The translations under genes and the position numbers were made by a program. The notes below the pieces were generated by a model. The model did not search any database. It was given only the letters and a program-made list of their open reading frames with translations, and was not told where the DNA came from. DNA of 64,000 bases from Trypanosoma brucei (Eukaryota). Location: the NCBI GenBank assembly GCA_000002445.1, contig CM000208.1:1408001-1472000 (forward strand). Direction: 5' to 3'. Shown piece after piece: positions 10,305 to 20,448 of the stretch; the stretch's first letter is position 1; every line of letters starts with the position of its first letter.

Positions 10305-11928
10305 ACTACCTTGCACAAATTGGATAAAACTGCTTACCTAATATACAAATACATGTTAATATTGGATATAGTAATGTTTCCCCACTGGATTGATATTTGG
10401 GGTTCCCTTTTTTAAATTAGTTTCTTTGTGTTAAAGTGCCTGTAACTTTGTGGAGATGTCCGCCAACGAAACTACGCTGTTGCTGTTGGTTGTTGTGAGC
10501 GTACATTCTCGTCGAAACGCTTTGAGAAAACGAATCACAAAAGAATATATGTCAGGGAGTTGGCTGCCGCCCACCAACCCTGCGACAAGGACGAATGTAT
10601 AATCCTCAGTTTTTGAAATACTGAAAACATTTGTTGCCATGACACTTCCTCATTCGACTGTTGGTCCGTAGATACATGGTAAAGTATATGATTTACTCCG
10701 TAATCCACTAAAAAATTTGGGAGGGTAATATATAAAAAGTTGTCCCTTTTTAAGATCAAAAAGTTGTTTGAGAGGTGGCGGAAGTCCGCAGTCGCCGAGG
10801 TTGGGGAAATTACACCACAGTGGGGCCCAGGGTACCAGTGGCAACTGGATAAGAGGCCTGTACAATCCAATTAAACAAGTATCGTGCATTTTCTTGTTTT
10901 GAAAATAATATTGTAACGTGGCAACCACATTAGTGAAGTAAAGTTAGTATGTTTATGCGTGCACCTCTTGTGAGAGCGGTAGAGGCGAGGTCGACGCAAC
11001 AATAGGGATCAAGTCACTGGACGCCCCCCTCAAAAAAAAAAAAAGTAAGTGATCTCTCACTTCTCAACCATTAGTGGCGCTGGAAACTTCAAACGGTTTC
11101 AAAGGCCTGACTAACCAGTAATGTTGAGGAATTCCAAGAAAAAAGGCAACGTCCTACACACGAGAATCGTCGTTGCGTGCCACATACGGCGTTTCACAAG
11201 CGCACACGTACCGAGCTATCGCATATTTTTCACACCAGTTGCATTGGACACAGTTTCATGTGAAGGGGCGACTCTCACCAAACAAAACAAAGCTGGAGAG
11301 AAACAACTCACTGCCAAATAAGTCACCACAGTCATGCCCCGGTTTACCACCCCTTTTCAGTCGCCCCTCGCCTGTCTGTGCTTTTGGATGCTCCCGCAGC
11401 ACAACAAGGTTTAACCGTACAAAACGATGTTGAATCGAGCTGTATTTCGCGATACGTCGGCAACATCCGCCAACTGGTTGAGTCTCAGTTACCTTCCGTT
11501 AACGTGCTACATGCGTTCTCCTTGTGACGGGGAAAGCAAAGGTTGACTTAGTGATACGACCAAGACGTCTGTTAGCGCCCATACCAACAACGACTAACCA
11601 GAAGAGCATTCACGTCCCACGTTGGCAAGTCGTTTAACTTCGTCCGATTACAAAGACAAGAAAAAAGTCTTTCATCCGCCTCGGCGTGGAAAGCGAGGAG
11701 GTCATCAGCATTTCAAGATTCCTAATCCTAACCTTATTAATAAACACGTTGCTCCCCAAACCACTAATTTCAAATTTACATTAGGGACGAAACTCTCGTT
11801 GGCAAACAAATCGCAATGTCTTAGCATAAAAGCAATCGCCAGACTATCGAAACGCGTACTGTTGTGTGTCACATTTTTATTTTCTAAAACAAAATTTTAT
11901 TGGTATTTGTGTGATAGAAGATCAACTA

Positions 11929-12624
11929 ATGGACAAGCAGGAAATGTTGATTCTGTTATTTTCTTTACTGTTTCTTCGCAACCCAGCGGAAGCTTACATT
12001 TCGCGCTGGTATCTACGCCCGGATCGCGACCCGGATTGCACAGATTTGAAAGGCGTATCTGACGTTCTGACCATGATGCGTGATGCTGAAGTTGCCAAAT
12101 ACGCGACCAAAAATTGCACACAACTAAAGGGGGAGGACTCGCGTACAGGGAAGCAGACGGGCAACTGCACTATTTGCGTTGGTCATTACATCTGCCATTC
12201 TCTGTATAAATGTGTGAGTAAAGACTTTGTCAGGTTTTTTGGAAATGGTAGCCAGGAAGAACCCGCAAGCGAAGAAAAAAAGGACAACGAGTCGGCTCTA
12301 GATGCTGCAGACACTTCCTCCTCAGGAACTGGAACTGAGTCTCCTGAAGAAACTACTGGCGGTAGAACCAATGTTAGATCTAATGTGGAAGATGTGAATG
12401 ACGGTAAGGAGAATGTGACCTCTCCTGAAGAAGAAAGCAGGGGCGCTCCACACGGTACCGCGGTTCCCCCTCTCGAGGAAAGAAGCCCGAACCCTACTGA
12501 CAGAAACAACCTAACACGTAATCACGTCTTAACTCTATTTGCTGGAAAATTTTCAAGCAATTCTCAACTTGTGTTGAATTTAAACAATAAGATTATGCTT
12601 TCAACGTTATTTTTCTTGCTATAA
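11929..12624 (+). CDS. small secreted, probably GPI-anchored, acidic, N-glycosylated protein, copy 1 (family not recognised)
   Basis: ATG at 11929 checked; the track ORF begins at GTG 11866. Signal peptide MDKQEMLILLFSLLFLRNPAEA. The cysteine-containing N-domain has several N-x-S/T sites (NCTQ, NCTI, NGSQ, NESA, NVTS). An acidic S/T/E-rich middle follows (EEPASEEKKDNESALDAADTSSSGTGTESPEETTGG...). The C-terminus KIMLSTLFFLL is hydrophobic and GPI-signal-like. Confidence 0.55.
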   Translation: MDKQEMLILLFSLLFLRNPAEAYISRWYLRPDRDPDCTDLKGVSDVLTMMRDAEVAKYATKNCTQLKGEDSRTGKQTGNCTICVGHYICHSLYKCVSKDFVRFFGNGSQEEPASEEKKDNESALDAADTSSSGTGTESPEETTGGRTNVRSNVEDVNDGKENVTSPEEESRGAPHGTAVPPLEERSPNPTDRNNLTRNHVLTLFAGKFSSNSQLVLNLNNKIMLSTLFFLL

Positions 12625-13202
12625 AAAAGACGAGAGATAAACTAGTTTGCTAACTGAAAACAATCCAAAACCCCTAACTGTATTGCCGCTGTCCACGTAC
12701 ATATATGTTCATATCACCTATGAGCACCCAGTGGGTGTGTTCCAACATATATTTCCTCCCTATTTTGCGTACCCTTTTCATTTCGCAGGCACCATAGTGC
12801 TCATAACATCATATGTTTACAGATACGCCGAAGTTACTCTACATAGAGTAAGCGTACAAAACATATAACAGAAGGGGCTGCGTAATTAGCGATACTGTTT
12901 GCCAGTTACGTAACACAACAAATACTTGCTAGGTACCCACCTTGGACAGAGGCACGGGTGGAGTCGTGGACAATGTGTTGTGTGCTGCCGTTATCGATCA
13001 GTTGTGGCGAATGGTTGAACATGTACACTGTGAGTAAAGTGCCCCCTATAATACCTTTGTGAAACAGGAAAAGGTGTTTTAATGCATAGTAACCCTTATT
13101 GGTGGGTTGTAGTTGTTTCATCAAAATTTGTGTTGTTGTGTATTATATTTTTATTTTCCAAAACAAAATTTTATTGGTATTAGTGTGATAGAAGATCAAC
13201 TA

Positions 13203-13886
13203 ATGGACAAGCAGGAAATGTTGATTCTGTTATTTTCTTTACTGTTTCTTCGCAACCCAGCGGAAGCTTTCGAATCGCGTTCGTATGTAAAGCCAGATGG
13301 AGACCCGGACTGCACAAATTTGACAGGTGTTTCTCATGTTCCCTATCACAATGATATGGATGATTACGCGGAAGAAAATTGCACAAAAATAAAGACACCG
13401 TCTCATAATAAAGAGCAGACGGGCAACTGCACTCTTTGCGTTGGTCATTACATCTGTCATTCTCTGTATAAATGTGTGAGTAAAGACTTTGTCAGGTTTT
13501 TTGGAAATGGTAGCCAGGAAGAACCCGCAAGCGAAGAAAAAAAGGACAACGAGTCGGCTCTAGATGCTGCTGACACTTCCTCCTCAGGAACTGGAACTGA
13601 GTCTCCTGAAGAAACCACTGGCGGCAGAACCAATGTTAGATCTAATGTGGAAGATGTGAAGGACGGTAAGGAGAATGTGACCTCTCCTGAAGAAGAAAGC
13701 AGGGGCGCTCCACACGGTACCGCGGTTTCCCCTCTCGAGGAAAGAAGCCCGAACCCTACTGACAGAAAGAACCTACCACATGATCGCTTCCTCGCTTTAT
13801 TTACTGAACACTTTTTAAGCAATTCTCAACTTGTGTTGAATTTAAACAATAAGATTATGCTTTCAGCGTTATTTTTCTTGCTATAA
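13203..13886 (+). CDS. small secreted, probably GPI-anchored, acidic, N-glycosylated protein, copy 2 (paralogue of 11929..12624)
   Basis: ATG at 13203 checked. The signal peptide is identical and the region NCTLCVGHYICHSLYKCVSKDFVRFFGNGSQEEPASEEKKDNESALDAADTSSSGTGTESPEETTGGRTNVRSNVEDV is near-identical to copy 1. Divergent parts are FESRSYVKPDGDPDCTNLTGVSHVPYHNDMDDYAEENCTKIKTPSHNKE versus YISRWYLRPDRDPDCTDLKGVSDVLTMMRDAEVAKYATKNCTQLKGEDSRTGK. Hydrophobic tail IMLSALFFLL. Confidence 0.55.
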   Translation: MDKQEMLILLFSLLFLRNPAEAFESRSYVKPDGDPDCTNLTGVSHVPYHNDMDDYAEENCTKIKTPSHNKEQTGNCTLCVGHYICHSLYKCVSKDFVRFFGNGSQEEPASEEKKDNESALDAADTSSSGTGTESPEETTGGRTNVRSNVEDVKDGKENVTSPEEESRGAPHGTAVSPLEERSPNPTDRKNLPHDRFLALFTEHFLSNSQLVLNLNNKIMLSALFFLL

Positions 13887-15445
13887 AAAAACGAGAGATA
13901 AACTAGTTTGCTAACTGAAAACAATCAGAAATAGAGAGTGATATCGTTCATACGTGTTTAATTGTATTTTTTTACCAATATTGCTGTATGTTTCTTTGAA
14001 CATTTAGTGGCTTGTAGTATTGTACGGTAGTGGAAAAGGTAGACACCTAATGGGGTTTGTACTTCTGTTGATGGTGGTGTAGTGTTGTTAAAGGATAGCG
14101 CTATTGACAGGGGATTGCGTGTAACGAGGGAATGGAAAATGTGTTTGGGACTAATGGAAGGGAAACGTAGATAACATAATGTAGTGAGGTCGCGTAATTA
14201 ATGCTCATTACGGTAGCATGGCTTCGTGGCGGGGTCTGATGGATACGCAACGGCATGCGTGGGGTGAACAGGGGCTATGTTACCCAGGCAAATACGGAGA
14301 GAAATTGTATGCCACTGCATCGTTGCGCGGTGTAGGAAGGATATTGACCACATGGGATGTTATGTTGTACGAATCTGGTTTCTCTTTTGTCCTAATCTCC
14401 TAGTTGGGGGTGGAAAGGGAATCTGCTAGAGGAAACGGGGAGAGGCATTATGTCTGCGGCGGTTTCGTTGGTCGAGGGAAATGGGTATGGATATTAGATC
14501 CGACTTGAGAGCCGCTCTTCACTACACCAGATTGCGGAGCTCTATCCGAAGGAAAAGTGCACCGGCACGGTGGGCAATTGGGTAGAGTGCTCAGAGTTGT
14601 GAGTATATGCTAGGGTGTATTTGCATATTTCCTGCTGAACCAAAGCGGGAGACAGGAATAAGCGGGGATAATGGGATGGTTTCTCGTGGTTTGTACTGCT
14701 ATGCGCGGATGTTTTGTCAGGTGTGGACGACGGGTTAACTGAGGGGCGGCGTTTCCCGAAAAGAAAAGTGCGGAGCGGATGCGACGCAGATATATTTTTA
14801 AGGCGCGTAATTGGCAGTGCGGTAAGCATACTGAGGGATATCGGAAAATAGGACAGTGAATATGCGGAGGGGAGTGAGCAATGGCAACTCCTGAAAAATG
14901 AAAGACCAAGAGGCGACGCCGGTACGACACACGAGGAAAGCACAGAAGCATTTTCGCGTTGTTGGCCATCCAGCAAGCTTTTCCTCCCATCCATACAATG
15001 CTTCCGCTGCCCCTTTCACGTACATTGGTCCCCGCAGGTGTAGTTCCTGTGGATAATTCTCTTAGGGTTAAGTTCGATTTCTCCGCGTGAAGTGGTGTAC
15101 CCCCAAAATTCCCCATTATTGTTCGTCCCACCTTTACAGTTTGCGGTTTCCTTGCAGGCCTCTTTTTCTACACATCCGTAATCAAATTTGTTTGCCGCTT
15201 CCGTGTCAATGGATGTTCATTGGGTGCCACCGCAGAAGTGGTAGGGGACTCTGGGGCGAACGCTGTTTTTGACAAGTTCCAGAGTTTTCTGATTTTGTTA
15301 CTCTTTGTTTTAGTGATTTGTCGATCCATGACCTTCTGAGGCAGCTCTACGTTAGCCCCCGTTTCATATAGTTGTTGTTGTTTTTCCAAACGCTTTGCGG
15401 GCGTTTACGCACTCCTCGACGTCCACTCCCCGTATTGTACGGCCT
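13887..15445. other. convergent strand-switch region between the plus-strand unit (ends 13886) and the minus-strand unit (last gene ends 15446/16406), presumed Pol II transcription termination zone
   Basis: All confident ORFs left of 13886 are on the plus strand and all right of 15446 are on the minus strand. The region is relatively GC-rich and holds only overlapping short ORFs (14542-15131) with no recognisable product. I found no tRNA-like T-loop (GGTTCGAnTCC) by eye. Confidence 0.7.
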
Positions 15446-16039
15446 CTACGGGCAGGTCGTGGAGTCTCCAAACCCCTTTTCGTGCATTTGACACCTAAAC
15501 TTTTTCGCTTTCACAATGAAAACTTCCGGGGGAATCTCGGAAAGAGGTGGTATAACTGAGGCGGTTGTGCAGGTTCGAAGGCTTTGCCCATCTATAGCAA
15601 GGTGATTTCCAGCCGTACCGTTCATTTCATGCACCGACACTTCGCCCCAGAGAAAATAGCTCGGTTGAGCGGCATCAGCAACAACAACAAAAGAGAGGAA
15701 AAACGATCGTAGTTGCTCCACCTTCATGTTTCCCCAACCCGCGCCGCAGGCATGAGGAACGCAAGCCTGCGCTACACAACCAGTAAGGGTGACCGCCACA
15801 GTTCCCTGCACTTGATTCATTTCGAAATGCAAAATTGCGCGTCCTCCTCGCCGCCTGCAAAAAATAGGATCAACGCTCAGTTGTTTTAGTGGTGTTCTGT
15901 AATCCTGGCGCAGAAAAGTGGTGTTAAGATTTAATTCCTTCAGCCCCCAAGCATCTCGTGACTGCAAGAAAATGAAGAGAAGCATTACAACACCGACATG
16001 CCACCAGCGAACGCATGAGAATAAGACAGCGCTGGGCAT
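15446..16039 (-). CDS. hypothetical protein with N-terminal signal-peptide-like segment; last ORF of the minus-strand unit
   Basis: ATG at 16039 checked. 197 aa, N-terminus MPSAVLFSCVRWWHVGVVMLLFIFLQSRDAWG, no recognised domain. It lies directly beside the termination region, so it could be spurious. Confidence 0.3.
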   Translation of the reverse strand: MPSAVLFSCVRWWHVGVVMLLFIFLQSRDAWGLKELNLNTTFLRQDYRTPLKQLSVDPIFCRRRGGRAILHFEMNQVQGTVAVTLTGCVAQACVPHACGAGWGNMKVEQLRSFFLSFVVVADAAQPSYFLWGEVSVHEMNGTAGNHLAIDGQSLRTCTTASVIPPLSEIPPEVFIVKAKKFRCQMHEKGFGDSTTCP

Positions 16040-16405
16040 GGTTCCTCCATCAAGACGAAAGCTGAGCGCGACAGCAAGATTGGTGCAAAGGAAAGTTCGA
16101 AGAAGATATGGGCCAAGTCAAGTGTACAGAACAGAGCGACTCCAAAGGTCGGTGCGTGCGTGCAGTCGGCCCCCCCCATAAGTTTCATAAGGGATAAAAT
16201 ATCCCTCTATATCCCACGCCAAGCGTCATTTCCTCTTCTTGCGTACCTTCGCGTCGCGTCTTCGAAGCCATCCTCCTCCAGAACAGCGATACGCGTTTGC
16301 GATAGGACAGCTGAGGTTCCATGCACAGGTTAAAGCGTTATTTTTTTTTTTTGGTTCTCCGAATCCCACCTCCCCCCCTCCAGCCGCTCGTTGTGGCGTA
16401 GCTTC

Positions 16406-16993
16406 TCATTTGCTTCGCGTCAACCCAAGAGTGCAGCGGCGGTCACACAAAGGGCGACGATAACGAGGAAGGGAAGATGGGCTTTTAAGAAGCGACCGGC
16501 CGTGAATGGCAAGGCCCCATGCAATCCAAAACATATTCCACGGCCGCCGTGGTCCGTTTGTCATTTCCTCCAAAACAGACGCGACGTAAGAGTGGCAGTT
16601 GTTTGTGAAGAAATTGTACGTTTGTGTTTTGCGGAAACGCGTCGTAACGCCGCTTAGAGCTCTGTCGTACTCCTCCGTCTCCCGTCGCCTTCTCTCTTCT
16701 ACATCCCCCGACAACAAACCACCCGGAGGAAATCGGGAGGATGGAACGTACATGGCTGAAATGTCCCAATATTTTACGGGGTTTCCAAACAACATGTGAT
16801 CCACTCCAATGCAATACGACCCCTCAAAGTCAAATATTCTGCCAGTGGAATCACATATTCCCACGTGACCCACAAAGGGAAACAACCACGAGACCAGGGG
16901 GATATCGGTCCACACAATGCAGAACGGGTAACGCTCCGGGGTCACAGAGGAAGTTGAGGTTGTATTGTCACTCATTGCGTTCCGCCTTGTCAT
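16406..16993 (-). CDS. TMEM222 / RTE1-family protein (DUF778)
   Basis: RYPFCIVWTDIPLVSWLFPFVGHVGICDSTGRIFDFEGSYCIGVDHMLFGNPVKYWDIS and ...YNFFTNNCHSYVASVLEEM match the conserved TMEM222/RTE1 core (…PFxGHxGICxSxGxIxDFxGPY…; …NCHSFVA…). The track ORF starts at GTG 16999; the ATG is at 16993. Confidence 0.7.
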   Translation of the reverse strand: MTRRNAMSDNTTSTSSVTPERYPFCIVWTDIPLVSWLFPFVGHVGICDSTGRIFDFEGSYCIGVDHMLFGNPVKYWDISAMYVPSSRFPPGGLLSGDVEERRRRETEEYDRALSGVTTRFRKTQTYNFFTNNCHSYVASVLEEMTNGPRRPWNMFWIAWGLAIHGRSLLKSPSSLPRYRRPLCDRRCTLGLTRSK

Positions 16994-17759
16994 TACCACT
17001 GTTGCGTATGGCGTATTTGGTGTTCCTAAACTTGAAGTAAAAATATTCTAAAACCCTTGAAAGTGTGTGTGTGTGTGTGGAAGTGAAAATGAAGCTCGTA
17101 GACTCCAACAGTCCTCACCTAGTCCTCTATTTCTCCATTTAAGGTGAATGTGACAGCGCGGATGAGAAGCTACCATATAAATTCATCGCTTTGCGTCGTT
17201 CGGACAATGAAATGCGATGCCTACGCACCCTCATCGGATGGAATTAACCGCTTCTGTCTTGTTTCTCACGTCTTTTTTTTTTGTTTTGCAGGTGGAGGAA
17301 CGACATGATTCATCAACATTGGTCAGCCTATAGCATCCCCACATCTCCTCATCTCGAAAGGAACACAGAGTGCATGATGTAACATTCCAAATAAACAAAA
17401 TAAAATAAACGGCAAGAAATAAAAAAAAACAATTGCGAAAACAAACACGGAGCGAAAGTGCCGTGACCCCCCCCCCCAAAAAAAAAAAATTATGAAAAAA
17501 TTAGTCACCACACCTTTGTAACATATATATATCCCGCATGTCACCTTCGACAATACTGCAACAAAAGTGACAATAATATTATTTGAACATCGCAATGATG
17601 CGCCTTCAGTGCAACAGAAACAAGGGTGACAGAAAATCACCCTTGACTTTCCATGGGCCTGTTTTCCACTCTCAGAATCTGGCTTTATTGAATGCATTTC
17701 TTCGCCGATGGGCCCTCTCCTAAAAATTCCGTAACGATAGCAAAACTATTTTTTCGCCC

Positions 17760-18569
17760 TCATTCAGTAAACAAGTAATTCCGTACATTGGCCCTACCAA
17801 ACGATATGCTAGCAACCTCCTCCGCGATATTTCCATTTGCGGCACCGACCAATGTTAAGAGCGGCATCAGGTGCTCGTGTTCACGGAGTGGTTGCGCTTC
17901 AGTGAAGCCCTCCATTGTTTTTACACGCTCCATCGCCTTCAGGCGGTCCTCAGGAAGCGTCGCAACCTCATTTTTACATAGAATGGAAGTCAGTGCATCT
18001 CCAAACTTCCTCCCAGCTCCCTCGCGGTTAAAATGCGCAAAATGGTGCATGGTGGAGCCACTTCCAATAAACATTACAGCATCAGAGCGTAAGGGACGGA
18101 GAGCCTTCCCCATGCGTATGTGCTCTGCAGGATCACCGGATCGCAACACAGACAGAGGTACCACAGGGATATTGGCTTCGGGGAACATGATCATGAGTGG
18201 GACAAACACGCCGTGGTCAAGAAGCCGCTCGGGTTCCATTTCCGCATGAAATCCTCCAACCGTGAGAGCATTCACAATGGCAGCAGCAAGTGGCGCATTA
18301 CCCGGCACGGGATATCGAAACTTATAGCTTTCTTCTGGAAATCCGTAGTAGTCAAACAGTAGAGAGGGCCGCTCCGCTCCGCCAACTTTTGGTGTATTCG
18401 TCTCATAATGTGCAGAAATCACAACAATGGCTTTCGGAAGGCCAAAACGATTCTCTAAAAGTTTCCGGTGGCTCTTAAGGGCATCAACCAACATTTTGTG
18501 CCCCTCATCCCGCAATAACGGCAAGGGGCCACCGCCATGACACACAAATAGTGAGGGGTACACCGTCAT
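17760..18569 (-). CDS. extradiol aromatic ring-opening dioxygenase, LigB/DODA (YgiD-like) family
   Basis: MTVYPSLFVCHGGGPLPLL...AIVVISAHYETN...FDYYGFPEESYKFRYP...DHGVFVPLMIMFPEANIPVVPLSV... is typical of class III extradiol dioxygenases (4,5-DOPA dioxygenase-like). The track ORF extends to 18734 by reading through the upstream polypyrimidine tract (LFIFLLLLFFLFLF). I place the start at the ATG 18569 (cat at 18567-18569 checked). Confidence 0.8.
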   Translation of the reverse strand: MTVYPSLFVCHGGGPLPLLRDEGHKMLVDALKSHRKLLENRFGLPKAIVVISAHYETNTPKVGGAERPSLLFDYYGFPEESYKFRYPVPGNAPLAAAIVNALTVGGFHAEMEPERLLDHGVFVPLMIMFPEANIPVVPLSVLRSGDPAEHIRMGKALRPLRSDAVMFIGSGSTMHHFAHFNREGAGRKFGDALTSILCKNEVATLPEDRLKAMERVKTMEGFTEAQPLREHEHLMPLLTLVGAANGNIAEEVASISFGRANVRNYLFTE

Positions 18570-18599
18570 GAGTAGTAAGAACTTTGGTAATTTGTTTGT

Positions 18600-18720
18600 T
18601 CCATCAACCGCGATACCGCATAATATTGAAACAACAAAAACAGAACGAAATGAAACAAAAAGAAACAAAAAAAAAAGAAGCAACAAAAAAATGAATAGAT
18701 AAATCCGCGGCAGTAAAGAT
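18600..18720 (-). promoter_or_regulatory. polypyrimidine tract (polypurine on the plus strand) upstream of the dioxygenase gene, a splice-acceptor signal region
   Basis: On the plus strand: aacaacaaaaacagaacgaaatgaaacaaaaagaaacaaaaaaaaaagaagcaacaaaaaaatgaatag, the reverse complement of a T/C-rich tract on the coding (minus) strand, just 5' of the ATG at 18569. Confidence 0.5.
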
Positions 18721-20448
18721 TTTAATGTTACCAATTAGATAGTTGTGTGCATTGGAGGCGCTCCAAGCACTCAAACAACAGAGCGAAGCCTCCGTTCGTG
18801 GATGAAGTTGTGTCACATAAAGTAAGAGGCCGGCACGATACAAACGAACAAACAAAACGCACGTATTCACATTCAAAAACCCATCGCCCACAGCATGACA
18901 CCGAAAAGTGACCTCTGTAACGACGATGGCTACGACCGCAACTACTACCATAAGAGGCCGCTACATATATCCAAATAAAAACAACAACACCAACAACACA
19001 AAAGAGGAGTGCTGTATAACATGCGCCCCATTGGATCACCTGTTTCCTATGTTTTCCTTCCATTACTCCTTTGCTCCATTACAGTCCTCCTCCTCCTCCT
19101 CCAAACTCACGCACACACACGCGTACACACTCTGTTCACGCCTTCTCCTCCGTGCACAAGGCACAAAAGGAAGAAAAAAGAAAAAGAAAAAAAAGTACAC
19201 ATACATAGAGTCTCCACTAAACTAACGGATTCAACTTAACGGAGCGCCCTATACATTTTGCACATTTGCACTCGTTGGCGGCAAACAGGAATAACACCCT
19301 TCTGTTACATCTGTATTTTCCCCTCATTTATTTCTCTTCCTTACCCGTCATTCCAAGGGAAAGTGTGCACCATAAAAGACAAAGGGTCAAAAAAGAAAAG
19401 ATCCAGCACGGTGTCATTGTGAAGGGAGATACCGTGCACAAAAGGTAAAGCACACAATCTTCAAGGGATAAAAACAAAAGGAAGAATTGTGCGAAAAAAG
19501 GGGGGAAACGGTTGTAACAGGAAGGAAAAGGAGGGAAAAAAAACAAAATTGAAGCTCACGGTGACGGAAGTAGGCGATAACACACAAAAAAAAAGTATTT
19601 CGCAACGAGAAGCAACGAAAAGACGACACGCCGACGGGGAAAATGTGCATAAGGAAGCGCAATCTCAACTTAAGTTGTTGAATGTACTGCATCTACTGCC
19701 GTACCTCGTGCAAATAACACCAACAACAACATCCCCCCGCAAAAACATTTATTCCTTCATCCAACCGCTGATGCGCTGGCATTGGCGTTTAGCGTCTCTT
19801 GTTTCCTCGCAGTGCACCGTTGTTGTTTCAATAAGGAGAATATTTGGCCTTTTAACCCGAACACATGCGAAGAGATACACACATGCACACACGGAAAAAC
19901 AAAAACACCTCGGGAGGGCTCGCTGCTGCCCTGTAGAAGCGCAAGTCAACGATCGATACATTCAAACCTTTCCATCGTCAACAACCGTTGGGAGGAAAAG
20001 AAACAAAAAAAACACGAGTGGGCATACAGCCTTACGTGTTGTATATATTCTTTGGTACGTGTCGGTCTATCCGCCTCCTGTACCGTACGCGCCATGATAC
20101 GCGGTTCCAACTACACGGAAGCACGTTAACCGCACAACCTGCAATTGTCGGAGGCAATGGACACGAATTCCCTTAAGCGGTAATTTCTGGTACAAAAGTC
20201 GCTCAGTAAACCAGTTAACATTCCCCCTTTGATCGCCCATTTTGTTCCCTCTTGTTTTCGTTCATTTCTCTTTCTTTCCATTCTTCTATACAAGGTTACG
20301 GTTCGGACGCCTTTTCCCTTGTGCTTTTTTTTGTAATATTTATTTGCTTATATATATATATATATTTATTTATTTATTTAATTCTTTGATTCTTGTGCAA
20401 AACTCCCCACCCCGATTGCCACTGCAATGTTTTTTCCTTCCCCCCCTG

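Larger units (their letters stand above)
11866..13925 (+). repeat. tandem duplication, 1,274-bp period, 2 copies (copy 1 about 11866-12665; copy 2 about 13141-13925), each carrying one small surface-protein gene
   Basis: Direct comparison of the two copies shows near-identical stretches: 60 nt upstream plus the signal-peptide codons, and about 540 bp covering the middle/C-terminal coding region and 40 nt after the stop. The N-terminal mature domain (about 190 bp) and the last 20 codons before the hydrophobic tail are diverged. The spacers 12666-13140 and 13926 onward are unrelated. Confidence 0.9.

Noticed and set aside
14541-14600. tRNA-like D-arm look-alike (gcaattgggtagagtgctcagag) in the strand-switch region, and a T-loop-like 'gggttaagttcgatttc' at 15060-15080
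   Set aside because: Neither has the full cloverleaf: there is no matching acceptor stem and no canonical GGTTCGAnTCC T-loop with complementary stem. By eye these are chance matches. tRNAscan-SE would settle it.
14542-15131. Two overlapping 150-173 aa minus-strand ORFs in the strand-switch region
   Set aside because: They overlap in different frames, have no recognisable product, and sit in a GC-rich stretch where random ORFs are expected. At most they are a decayed remnant.
17760-18734. Hydrophobic N-terminal extension (LFIFLLLLFFLFLF) on the dioxygenase ORF, as a possible signal peptide or TM anchor
   Set aside because: It is the translation of the polypyrimidine trans-splicing tract. The conserved dioxygenase N-terminus begins at the internal ATG 18569.
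19489-20129. Plus-strand ORFs of 202 and 115 aa between the adenylate kinase and the dioxygenase
   Set aside because: Wrong strand for this minus-strand transcription unit. They are K/R/T-rich translations of purine-rich intergenic sequence with no domain.
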